This document shows positions 1-11,626 of a stretch of DNA of 64,000 nt, one piece after another. The notes under the pieces were generated by a model. It worked only from the letters and a program-made list of their open reading frames with translations, searched no databases and was not told the DNA's origin. Source of the DNA: Pelomyxa schiedti (Eukaryota; Protista; Evosea); contig JAHLWZ010000596.1 in NCBI GenBank assembly GCA_020536535.1, forward strand, positions 1 through 64,000, written 5' to 3'. The position numbers were made by a program, and so were the translations under genes. Numbering within the stretch: position 1 is the stretch's first letter; every line of letters begins with the position of its first letter.

Positions 1-525
1 AACCCCCTCTGTATCGTGTAAATAGTTAAGACAAAGTTGTTATATAAGCAAACACAAACATATGAGAACAGCAACACTATTCAGTCCACAACGTCCCTCT
101 CCTAGACCACCACTCTTACAGAATACGTGAGATCTCTCCTCGAGCTGCACACTTCACGTGCCGGTCGCGCATCCCCGCACGCCTGTACTTGACTGTTTTG
201 ATTTTATTTTTAAAAAAAGGGATCTCTCCTTCGCCCTGGTTTTCAAGGCGTCAAATTTTCCGGAATCTTCTGGGGCGGGAAGTTCAAAATTTTTCGCACC
301 TATTCCTGGGCCTGAAACACTCTCAGGAGGGTCGACTGCAGGGATGAAGGACCGATCTGAATGGAGAAAGGATTCTCTTAATTCTCTTGAGATACCATCC
401 CTCCCTTGGCGCTCCCCAGAGCACGTCCCAGGGGGATAGTCTCTCATTATTTAATCGATGCCCGAGTAAATTTAACGGAAACTCATCGGCACTTTGATTA
501 TTTTATTCCCAATTGTGTGGGGCTG

Positions 526-2643
526 ATGAGGGGCACGGTTTTGGGGATCGTTGTAGTGTCGTTGTTGATTGTGGGACTTGGTTGTGTTGGGGCACGGCGT
601 CCCATAAGAGTGGTTGTTACAGAGGACCACGGCAGTCTCATTAAGGCTTGCGCCCGATTCGAGGATGCAGCTGAATCAGACCCTGACCCTGCTACGTACG
701 TTAACTGATGTTTTTTTGCTTGAAAGGCAGGCATAACTGAGAGTTGTTTTGAAAACAAAAACAGAGCCACGTGGTTGGATGATACTGATGTTAATGGGTG
801 GACGTTTTTTGAAGTTCACACAGATTCTGCATATGACTGGGAATCACAAGGATATGCTGCTGGAGTACTGGAGGGATACTTGGCAGCAACAAGGATAAAA
901 TACATGTTCCTCAATGGAGACATGTTTTATTACAAGTATAGGATCAGACTCCAAAAAACACATAGAAGTTTCTCCTCCTGGAATGTACTTACCAGAATAA
1001 AGAAAGCAGGCTGGTGTCGTACAGTTTGCAGAGGAAAACCTCAACTGGACAAGAACCCAAGTGAGCTCTCATCCTGAAGACACCTACTGGAAGTACATCG
1101 GTGCTACTCTGGCCCAGATGGATGGCCTTGTTGATGGCTATGCTGCATCTAACGAGTCTGCTACCTTTCCTCTGGACAGTCTTGGTTATTAAATTGGGAT
1201 CTTTTCAGCCACTTCTTAATAGATTTCAGATTTCCTAATGCTCGAGCTTGACGACGAAACTTACGACATCGCCCTCTATGTTGACCCAACCCACAAGCAA
1301 ACAGTCAAGGAGAAGCATATGGGGGACCACTGCAGTGCCCTAATTAGATTAAACGAGGCTAAAGATGATATTATGGTATTATGCTTGCATTTTTACCCAT
1401 AATTCCTCTAAAATCGCGTCAGATTGCACATAATACGTGGACTACATACCAATATATGATGAAGGTTTTAGATAAAGCTATTCCCTTGTTGTAACGGGCC
1501 TGTCTCCAGGTTTTGAAGCTCCAAGATTTTTCGTTTGCCCCAACTGTTGTCTTTTCTGGGCACCCTGGCCTCCTTTTTTCTAATGATGACTACTACATCC
1601 TTGACAACGGTCTTGTAGTTATGGTATTCCCTCCTTCCTTCTTCCTTCCTTTCCTGATATATTTTCTCCCTCCCCACCCTAATAGGAAACAACTATTCCT
1701 GTTTATGATGAAACTCTTTACTCTCAGCTTAGCCCTTACACAGTGGCTGAATGGCTTAGGACAATGGTTGCGAATGCCATCGCTCCTAATGGGCAGGAAT
1801 GGACTGATGTTTATTCTCAATATAATAGTGGAACGTATGATAATATTTTTGGCAACAATGAATTCACTAGGGTAACCTAGGTATTGCAACCAATGGATGG
1901 TCTTAGACTACAATAAGTTCGTTCCAGGAGAAGACATTGCCCCAGATACACTTTGGGTTCTAGAGCAGTTGCCAGGCTTTATTATTGCCGAAGACCAATC
2001 CACAATATTTCACGATACCCAGTATTGGGCCTCGTATAACCGGGCATTCTATCCTGAGGTTGTTGTCCTTCCATTAAACCTAGTTCTTACTTCTCTATCA
2101 GGTTCAAGAACTCAGTGGAGCTGTTGCACAACGCCAGAAGTACGGCGATTATTATTCATATAACAATACAGCACGATCGCTCATTTTTGCCCGGGATCAG
2201 TCTGGTGTGAATTCGATTGAAGATATGGAGAGAATGATGATGTACAACGACTTCAAGAATGACCCACTCTCTCGTTGTGATGGCTGCGATCCACCATACA
2301 GTGGGATTCTCACAATTGCCGGTCAAAATCCCAACTCCATATAATCCGGAAATGCAAAAATCTAACTATCTAACCAAAAATAGCCCGTTGCGAATTGACA
2401 CCAATTGATGGAGTCTACCCTTTCCCAGACTTGGAGCACTCAAACTTAGCCGCGATCGACGCCAAGGCCACCAACCTCGCACTTTCACAGCGGCTCGCGC
2501 TTGTGGCCCAGGCAGCACCGACGCATGACATCCAGCCTGTGTTTGACTGGGCTTCTCCAGCTATACTTGACAGGCGACACTATGGCCAACCCCAAGTCTG
2601 GGATTTTGATTGGATTGATGTAGAGTGGCCGCTGGCCAACTGA
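526..2643 (+). CDS. Phospholipase B-like protein (Ntn-hydrolase, PLBD family), secreted/lysosomal, multi-exon
   Basis: Signal peptide MRGTVLGIVVVSLLIVGLG. Motifs GWTFFEV..QGYAAGVLEGYL, HCSALI (N-terminal nucleophile Cys), FSGHPGLLFSNDDYY, YNSGTY, WMVLDY, LWVLEQLPG, YWASYN, AIDAK and HYGQPQVWDF are spread over short-intron exons. Confidence 0.9.
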
Positions 2644-2820
2644 CCACAAGAAAACTCGGGAAGTTATTAATAGTGATTGAAGGCTGTCTGACACGGCACG
2701 TGCCGTGGATGGAACGCCTTCCCGGGAAGCTGGTTTTCTTAGATATCCGGGGTTTTCTCCGAGTGAGGTCCTTCAAGGAATTCCCATAACAACAAGATAT
2801 CAACAAATCTTTGGTTCTAG

Positions 2821-4473
2821 ATGGCAACGCAGTACGACACGGTGGAGGTGCTGTCAGTCCAATCAGCAGCAGAGACAATCCCCCTGCAGGGCCAGCAGTG
2901 CCTCGACGAGGCCTCATTGTTGTCAACGGTTCTGAGGGCAGCAGGCGACCCACAGGAGCACGTTGTGTTCGTCACGTCGTACCAAGTCTCTCCCACAATG
3001 CTCGATCACTGCCTAGACATGGCCACCAAGAGGCATTCGCGGGGGGGCGGCGGCGGCAGCTCACTCCCCGAAGAAGATGACCAGGCAATGCAGCAGCAAC
3101 AAGAGGCCGAGAGCCGGCTCCGAGCCAGGATCACGATGGTGGTAGTGGCGCCGGCGAGCGGCGGCGGCGGCGAGGTGAGGACGCTGGCCAGGGCGGCGCT
3201 GCAGGACCACAACGTGGGGAGGTTGCGGCGGGCCCTGCGGCACGGCGCGGGGGACCCGCGGTCGTCGCTGAGCTGCTTCACGGCGGGGGAGTGGGAGCAG
3301 CGGCTGGCGGACTCGCTGGGCCTGCCGCTGAGGAACCGGCACCCGGACCCGGCGCGCCACCGCGAGTGGGGCACCAAGAGCGGCAGCAGGCGGGCCTTTG
3401 TCCTCGCGGGGGTGCCCCACCCGCGGGGCAGCTCCGACCCGGGCCTCAGGCCCTGCTGCTTCGCGGTCAGGGAAGTCGCCGCGGACATCCGCACTCTGTG
3501 GGCCACGAACCCCTCGCTGGGCGCCGTGATGGTCAAGCTGAACGACGGCTTCTCGGGCCTGGGGAACGCGGTCCTGCGGTTTCCTGAGGGTGTCATCGGG
3601 GAAGAAGAGAAGACCGAAGATTACGTTGCCGGGATGATGCCGGGGTGCCTCAAGTTTGGAAGCCAGGAGATCACCTGGGACTACTTTTCCGGGCAGATTT
3701 CCGCACAAGGTGCCATCGTGGAAGAGTTCGTAGAATGTCGAGGTGGCGGCGGAATCAAGCTCTCGCCAGAGGTTGACATCTTCATCCAGGAGGATGGCCG
3801 GGCTTCCGTTGTTGCAGTTCACGAGCAGCTTCTTACAGGTCATACCGGGCAATACTGGGGCTGCTCCCTTCCCGCCAACTCGGCGTACAGGGCCAAGATG
3901 ATCGAGATTGGCGAGAAAGTTGGTGCTGTTCTCAGCTCAGATGGTGTCAGAGGTCCCTTTGGGATTGACACTGTAGCCGTTTCCGCTGGTGATGACGGTG
4001 ATAGCGACGGCGCTGACATCACATGGGATGTCTATTCCGTGGAAATAAACCTCAGACAAACGGCGCCCCTTTATCCACTTGCGGTTACACAGCTTCTCAC
4101 AGATTCTCACTTCGAAGACGGTCTTCTTCTTACTACAAGTGGTAAGAAGAAGGCGTACATCTCGGCCGACTTCTTGGAAGTTGATCTGTTCCGAGGCAGC
4201 AGTCTTGAAGAACTTCTGCGGCTGCTGGAAGACAATGGCCTTGTGTTCTCAGCCACAACCAAAACCGGAGTTGTTGTGCAGATTGGTACATCCGTCGAAC
4301 CCGCCAGCGAACCCACAATCACAATCCATGCAGACTCCCATCATCATACAAATCAACAACACCGGACTCTTGGGTTTGTTGGCATCGGAGACAGTCCCCA
4401 AGACGCTGCTCGTTATTTTCACGCCGTTGTCCACCTCCTTTGCTCAAAGGCTCCTTCGCTTGTTGGAATTTGA
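2821..4473 (+). CDS. ATP-grasp amino-acid/peptide ligase of the PGM1/BesA-related family, intronless
   Basis: 550-aa single ORF with WGTKSGSRRAF..AGVPHP.G, VKLNDGFSGLGNA, GAIVEEFV, HEQLL.G..GQYWGC..PA, GVRGPFGID and YSVEINLR, which I recognise as PGM1-like ATP-grasp motifs. Confidence 0.8.
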   Translation: MATQYDTVEVLSVQSAAETIPLQGQQCLDEASLLSTVLRAAGDPQEHVVFVTSYQVSPTMLDHCLDMATKRHSRGGGGGSSLPEEDDQAMQQQQEAESRLRARITMVVVAPASGGGGEVRTLARAALQDHNVGRLRRALRHGAGDPRSSLSCFTAGEWEQRLADSLGLPLRNRHPDPARHREWGTKSGSRRAFVLAGVPHPRGSSDPGLRPCCFAVREVAADIRTLWATNPSLGAVMVKLNDGFSGLGNAVLRFPEGVIGEEEKTEDYVAGMMPGCLKFGSQEITWDYFSGQISAQGAIVEEFVECRGGGGIKLSPEVDIFIQEDGRASVVAVHEQLLTGHTGQYWGCSLPANSAYRAKMIEIGEKVGAVLSSDGVRGPFGIDTVAVSAGDDGDSDGADITWDVYSVEINLRQTAPLYPLAVTQLLTDSHFEDGLLLTTSGKKKAYISADFLEVDLFRGSSLEELLRLLEDNGLVFSATTKTGVVVQIGTSVEPASEPTITIHADSHHHTNQQHRTLGFVGIGDSPQDAARYFHAVVHLLCSKAPSLVGI

Positions 4474-4596
4474 TGTGGGAATTCACTTTGCCTTCTCCAC
4501 GATTTTTTCCTGCTTGTGTAAATGCACTTGTAGATTTAGGTTGGTGCTTTGAGCCACAACCTTACATTTTTTGGTTTTTTTTTTTCCATGTCAAAA

Positions 4597-5819
4597 TTAT
4601 GAGGAAGAGGTTTGGTGATGTGCGAGAGCCGTTTCAAAGGCCTTATCAGCCCCAAGGATGGCCTCAGCTAGTGGGTGTTTGCTTTCCTTGAGTTGACTTG
4701 GGTGTGGTAAGTATTGTGAAGATGTGAGGAACAACCCTACTTGATATATCTCGTGATAATTTCTGGGGACTTGTGCAGATGAAGACTACAAACAAGTAAA
4801 TTTATTGTAGTCTCTAAGTCATTTGCATTCTGCACAGCATGAGCTTCAGTACTACAGTCGAAAATACCTTCTCTTGTGCCTCAAGCAGAAACTTTTCGGC
4901 ATCACCAAAATGAAGCAAACTCATTGCCGCCGCAGCCATACCATTAAGAAGTAAAACTGTGCTTCCGTATTTTTCTGATAACTCTTGATAAATTCCAAGA
5001 GCTTCTTGGCATTTTTCACCACCCTTGAATTTTGGTAAGGTATTTTTTGAGTTTCCACAGAAGGACAAATACCATTGCAATATGTAACCAACACCCAGCC
5101 AGCTGCGTTATCACAGCGTCATCATCGAGTGATTGCATTTGTGTAAGAACTTGATCCGCAAGAGGGAGTCTGTTTATGGCGATGTATGTTTGTACAAGTA
5201 AGGCCATTCTGTAACCAAAGCTGTAAGATAAGGAATGAAATGAAGTGAGCCTACGTCTCCAACGAGTTGGGGGAATGAATGCATTTCAGTGCACTGTTCA
5301 AGTCTTTTAGGAGGTAATAAGCTGAGCCACACATAAGTTGTACAGTGGGATCTGTGAGGGCAGTTGGATCTGCTGCCCATTGTTGAAGAGTGGCCAAGGC
5401 AGCAGTGTTGGTTTGATCCAGTACAAGGGAGGCAAACATTTTAACCTTGAAAGGAAATTAGAGTACTCAAAGACTGAGAGAGGAAAGAGACGCACAGCTT
5501 GTAGAGGAATACTGGGTTTGTCTGCAACCTCGTCAAGAACAACACGTGCTTGTCGGATTGCAATGTACGACCGGTAAACGTACACATCCCGTAACAATTT
5601 GTCTTGTGCTAAACCCATATAAATCACAAGTAGAGCAAAAAGAAAAGGAAAAAAAAAGGCACAAGCCCACCCAAACACACCGTTTTGAGATCGCATTTTA
5701 GCACCGGCGTTTATGCACGCGTGGTAAGCGCCGAGCCAATACATCGTCCTTGTCTCGAATAACTCGTCCGCTGTCGTAGCCACCGCCGCCGTCGCGCCAC
5801 CGCTGCCCCGACCACTCAT
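4597..5819 (-). CDS. COPE: Coatomer subunit epsilon, multi-exon
   Basis: DELFETRTMYWLGAYHACIN, RDVYVYRSYIA, ALLVQTYIAINRL, DDDAVITQLA..W, GGEKCQEALGIYQEL, LLLNGMAAA and AEKFLLEAQEK. Confidence 0.9.
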
Positions 5820-6041
5820 CCTTTAGTGCCCCTTTTTTATTTTTATTTTTTTTTAGTTCCACTAAAACAAACATTGTGATGGTCAGCACTCCCCAGTCCT
5901 CTATGTTTTTGTCCTGACGAGGGTGCGCAGGGGAGTAATGTCACACTCCTTGAGTCCCGGAGTCGAAGAAGGGAAACACAAACAAAAAAAGGCCATGTCA
6001 TCTCAGGTTCGGCACAACACTCAGATCGCAATCAAATCGAG

Positions 6042-7640
6042 ATGTTCAATTCGTTTGGTGGGGGGAGCGTACCGAAGTTCACGGGCAGTGGTGTGGCAAC
6101 AAGAAGATCGTGTGCCACTGATCAACCTCGTATGTGCGTAATGTTAACCCTATGGGTTTTTTTTTTTCTTCCCCCTTGCCCTGCGCCCCTGGTGTTGCTT
6201 GCGATCGCTCTTTGGTTTTTTTTTTTTTTGCACTGAGTAACTTGCTTGCGCAGAGCACTGCCCAGGCCCTGAATCTGCAAACGCTGGCACAAGTTCGGCG
6301 TGTGAAGGGTGCCCAAATAGATCGATATGCGCGAGTGCAGCCACTGCAAAAACGAGTGATACAACCTCGTTGTGGACTTTATTCTAATGTGGTACAGCTA
6401 CTCCTGGAGGAGAGCATTGCCCCGGCGTCGATTCTCTGGAGGCGGGCCGAGCTAATGCCTGTGCAGGGTGTCCTAACAGAGCTCTGTGTGCTTCTGGCGC
6501 TGCTAGAACAGTTGATCCAGGTATGTGCCCTTTATATTGCGGGAGATGAGTTTAAACCCAATAGATATTGAGGCTATAAAACAAAGGATGAAGGCAGTCA
6601 AACAAAAAATTTTGATCCTTTCAGGGAAGGGTGGAGTTGGTAAAAGCACCTTTTCAGCTCAGCTTGCTTTTGCTCTTGCTTCAAAAAACTATCAAGTATA
6701 AATTGAGAATAAACTGTGTCTAATACATTTCCAGGTAGGTCTTCTTGACATTGATATATGTGGCCCGAGTATACCTCGAATGTTGGGCCTAGAAGGTGAA
6801 ACTGTCCATCAAAGTAGCATGGGCTGGTCCCCTGTATACATTACTGATAATCTTGCTGCCATGTCTGTTGGGTTTTTACTTGATGACCCCAATGAAGCTG
6901 TTGTATGGCGTGGCCCAAAAAAGAATGGTATTCCTTCATCTTCATTCTGGTTTGCCTACAATTAACCTCTAACAAAAGGCTTAATCAAGCAATTTCTCAA
7001 AGACGTTGACTGGGGTGACCTTGATTTCTTAATTGTTGATACACCTCCTGGAACTTCAGATGAACACTTGTCGATTGTTCAATATCTTAAAGCTACAAAT
7101 CCAGATGGAGCTGTCATTGTCACATCTCCTCAGGTTTCCTTCCTCCCACAAACGCCTAATGACATTACAAAGGAAGTAGCACTGAATGCAGTGAGAAGAG
7201 AAATTAAATTTTGCGAGAAAGTGGGTATGAGAATTATTGGTGTTGTGGAAAATATGGGCACTTTCATCTGTCCTTGCTGCAATGTGGGCTCTTTTTTCTG
7301 CACAACTGAAAACTAACATCGAGCAGAAGGAATCTACTATCTTTCCCAAGACCACTGGGGGAGCCAGAAGAATGGCTGAAGGTATTATCCTTTATTTGTT
7401 TGTCACTAAAGGACTTTACAGAGATGAGCGTGCCGTACCTTGGAAACATTCCTCTTGACCCTCTCATTGCCCGGTCCTGTGATGAAGGGAAGGCCTACTT
7501 TGCTGCACACCCGGATTCACCTGCTACACGAAATTTTCTTATCCTCTTTGAAGGTAACTCGAATCCTGTTGTTGCCACAAGTCTTAACACCAAACGTAGA
7601 AATCATCAAAGCTGTCACTCCCTCTACTTCAAGTTCCTAA
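6042..7640 (+). CDS. NBP35: Cytosolic Fe-S cluster assembly factor NBP35/NUBP1 with two N-terminal CX13CX2CX5C motifs
   Basis: P-loop [53 protein letters not shown] and [11 protein letters not shown]. The N-terminal exons encode two ferredoxin-like motifs. Confidence 0.93.
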
Positions 7641-7680
7641 GCACAAAGCTGTCACTCCTCTACTTCAAGTTCCTAAGCAC
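7607..7680. repeat. Tandem duplication of about 37 bp spanning the NBP35 stop codon
   Basis: caaagctgtcactc(c)ctctacttcaagttcctaagca occurs twice back to back; the second copy lacks one C. Confidence 0.9.
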
Positions 7681-8090
7681 TTGCTGATAGTCAAGGTACC
7701 AGTTGGCATCATAAATTGATGGCATTTATAAAAATACTTTTCACCAAATAAGAAAAGAAAGGCCAAGCACATAAGCAAGTTGGTTTTCTTATTGTATTTT
7801 CTGTTGTTGCTACCTTCAAACGAAAAATGTGCTCCACAACACCGCCATTACCAACTCATCGTCACCGCTGCTTGCATCATTCGTTTGAGTAGTTCTATGC
7901 AGGAACGTATCGGGTGAGGGAGAGGGAGAGGGAGAGGGAGGACGGGTGGGTTGAGGAGGAATTCTCCCTGCGTGCACCTTCAGTACCCTCGCCATTGCCG
8001 TATTATCTTCCCCAGTTAAGGGAATAGAAAAAAGCACAACTGAAAACAAAAACCTTTTTTTTACACCTTTTCTACTGGAAGCTTTTATAG

Positions 8091-11000
8091 TCAGGAACCC
8101 AGAGGATCCTTCTTTTGGTTGGTGGTGGTTGTCCTGGGCACCTTGGGATGGGGACCTGTTGGTGCAGCAGCGTCCGCGTCATTGTGACTGTCAGTCTCTT
8201 CAGCCAGTGTTCCCTCGGTCACGTACTTCATTGGGTCATCACTGCGATCACGTTGGTTGGTCACTGTTGTGGTTGCGGGGGCGGTGGCGGGTGGAGGCTG
8301 TTGGAGAAAGAAAGGAAGTGGTGGCACAAGGAACGTGCCTGTTCCGTCCCTACTGTGCACAGGATTTGTGTTGGAAGTTGTGGCGGTTGTGGTGGATTTC
8401 ATGTGAACTGGAGAATGATGGCCGACGGTGCGGAGTGGCGAGGGGGGAAGCGACTCGAGACGAACAGCTTCAGCAACTGGTGAACGGTTTTTCCTTTGCC
8501 GGAGTAAATTGCGGTCACGGCATGACTTCTTCCCAGTTCCCGGGCCACAAAGACTGGCCGGACTGAGGCTGCTGTTCTTCAACGGCCACTGAATTTGAGT
8601 CGAGTAATCAGAACCTCCATTTCCTGTTGTGCTGCGTGGTCCCTCTCTCGTAGGCACATTCCTGAAACACTCTTCGGTCTTACGTCGGAATGCCTCGACG
8701 CCTTCTTGATCAGGGTGCTTGGAAAGCAGCTCTTGACCTCCGTGAGGCAGAAATTCGCGCAGCTGTTGGGCAATGGTTTCAGGGGGGCATGACATCACAA
8801 GCCAGTCGAAAAGGGATGGCAAACACCTGGTGCCATCCATGCTGAAAAATTTTCCAGAGACACTCAAGTCGACAAACACCGCCTCAGAAAGCATCTTTAC
8901 AGTGACCTTGTTGCACACATACTCGGCAATAGCTCCTCCAAGTTCGTCGTTGATTATACTCAGCAGGTAAAGAGTGACTGGCCACATGCTCTCTTGAACT
9001 TTATAAAGTGCCAACATTACATCGTAGGCAGGGAACACCTGGGTCAACGCAGTCAACACCGCCTGTAGTGTGAAGATGTGTTTGTTCAATTTTTGGTATC
9101 CAATGGGGTAGTGAACTGTGCCACCCTTTTTGGTGGACTCAGGCCTCAGTCTCAAAATGGCTTCAAAGAGGAGGATGGGGTACTGAATCCCATCCTTGGA
9201 AAAGAGGTCATTGAAAGACAACCACTCAAGGGCATCTCTGCTGCACCCCTTCTGGATAAAATACATCAGTGCGCCGTTCATCTTGAATTCCCCTGTTTTG
9301 ATTTGGTCTCTCAGAAAGGGCAGCAAAGCCTCGGCAACTCCCAGTGGTTCCTTTTGTGTGGTGGGGATCGAGTAGTGCTGCTGGACTGGATGTGATGCCA
9401 GCACGCTCTTTGGGAGCCCGATGAAGTCTTCGTAGGCTCGGTGGAAGTGTTGTTGTTCAGATGATGGGGTAAGTGCTTTGACAAGCAAATCGGACAAGAG
9501 TGCCCCTTTGATGACGGCCTTCAAGTCGGAGGAGCGGTTGATCAACGAGCGCAAGATGGCAGAATTCTTCCGCTTGCACACTGATTTCAGGATTTCGTCA
9601 ACCCAGCCTTGCTGCTGATTGGCACCCGGTTTTAGCCTTTGACAACGCAAGAGAATTTCATCAAACATATCCATTGCTTCATCTGTGTGGTGCATAGCGA
9701 TACATCCCAAGATGTTGGGGAGGCTTCGTTGAACTTCTTCGTCACCTTGGCTGAAATCAGCACTCACAAGTATTTTCACGATTCCCCACATCGCAGAGAG
9801 TGAGGCAGCTTTTAGAATCGTCGATTTTCCGAACTGCGGCCATCCTTGTTGTACGAACTCTGGAGGGTCTGGTTCAGTGTCCCATCGTGAAGGATCAGAC
9901 TCGAACAGCTCTTGTACAACCTTCTTTGCGATGAAGTTCTCAGTGGTGGTGCACGCAGCCCTGAGAAGAGTGGTGCTGAAGTTTTTCCTGTTGCGACGCA
10001 AACCCTCCCTGTTCGGCACTGCATTGAGAAACACCTTGCACAGCTCCGGGTGGCCTCCTGACGCTGCATGACAGAACGCATTTGGACACAATCTGTGAGT
10101 CTCTTCGTTGTACAGGATCTGTGTGCTTGGTGGAGCCTTCTGCAGAATGGCTTTCACCACTGGCACGGCTCCTGTCGCACTCGCGACTTCCAGCAACTCT
10201 TTGGCCTTAATCTTGTCGTCCATTGGTGTACTGACAACTAGGAACTCAACCAGATCCCTCATCAGTGCCTCGGAACACCTGAGTGGTCTCTTGTCATCTG
10301 CCATCATCAACTGCTGTATCACTGTGGAAATTCCCATGCACACGGCAACACAGAGGTTCCTGTTTGACTTCCATTCTCGGCTCAGAATATTAATCATCAT
10401 TGTGGGGCCTGTTGCATGCGGGACAACGGCACCGTAGTCCGTGCTGTTGCTGTCGTTTCCATCAGAAATGATGGCTTGCGGCAATTGCAGTGGGATGCCT
10501 CCTAGCATTACGAACTTGGCCCACTCTTCGGCAAACTGATATTGAGCATGTGCCAGGGCATATTCAAAGGCACCTGAAAGACGGAGAAATTGGCCATGAA
10601 ATTAGTGTTGCGGTGGTATGGCACAGGGGACAGTAAATAAATTAACACTTTCCAACAGGAACGATGAGGAAGGAAGGAAAAGAAGAAGAACAGGCACTGT
10701 CAAACAAACCTGGTGTTGATCCAGGGAAACAGTGAAACCGGTTTCGAAACTTCATGAGATATTCAGTTGCCAGTCTGGGAGTGCCGTAAGCAGCACACAC
10801 GTTTATCCTGTTCGTGATGCTCCCAACTCTGTTTTTGAGCCACTTGCGGGCCTTTGTCCATCCCCAGGGGTGGTAAACCTCAGCCATCCTGACAACGAAC
10901 TCCGTTTCAGAGCTGTCGAAATGCTTCAGGTGCCCAACAGCACTGTCCGTCCTCCACTGATTAGAGCCCCTTTTCCTTTTGCAGTTGCAGAAAGCACAAG

Positions 11001-11168
11001 GGCCGCTCCCGCCCCCTGTTGTTGTTGTAGTCGTTGGTGGTAGTGGTACTTGCACAGTGGATATCTGATAGTCGTTGCCGAACAGGTTCGGGAAAACATA
11101 ACGTTGGATGAACGAGAGGTTGGAGACGGTCTCGTTCATGGCTCGTATTCTCGTCGCTTTGACATCAT

Positions 11169-11199
<31 letters not shown>

Positions 11200-11268
11200 G
11201 GTGGGTGTTGTCTCAGAGGTTGTTGATGATGATGGCCATGACGACTCCTTGTTGTCTTGTTGCAACAC
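8091..11268 (-). CDS. Large (about 1000 aa) alpha-helical protein with degenerate ankyrin-like repeats; true start uncertain
   Basis: The 208-aa and 805-aa ORFs can be joined in frame by an intron with acceptor ttctccgtctttcag near 10573. Ankyrin-like segments include ASATGAVPVVKAIL, AFCHAASGGHPELCKVFL and AASLSAMWGIVKILV. Confidence 0.55.
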
Positions 11269-11626
11269 ACCTGGCCCCCTGTTCTTATTGTTTTGTGATC
11301 TATTTTTTTTTTTTTTTTTTTGTTGCAGGATGAATTGTTAGTTGTAGGGTAGTGGGACCACGGTGGTGTGCTAGCGAGTTTTGTACAACAAAATCCGACA
11401 AAGACACACCCAACTGCAACATGTTCCTGCGGATGCAGCAATATTGGGGAAGATCTCGTATCCCCGTGTTTTCTGACGCAGTCCCCCGCGTCTGCGGCGG
11501 TGATCAGATGATCCCCAACATCTCGGGCGATAGAATCCCCGGTTGCAACCAAGCTTTTTATTGTGGTTGTGTTAGTTGTTTTTGCCAAAGGCACCGCACC
11601 GTACGGACGAACGAAAGTTGCTGCTA

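Noticed and set aside
1-172. Possible first exon of a minus-strand gene (MRDRHVKCAARGEIS followed by GT)
   Set aside because: Too short and runs off the window; no recognisable motif.
3006-3852. Long antisense ORFs (196 and 263 aa) over the ATP-grasp gene
   Set aside because: Shadow frames expected in GC-rich coding DNA; no motifs.
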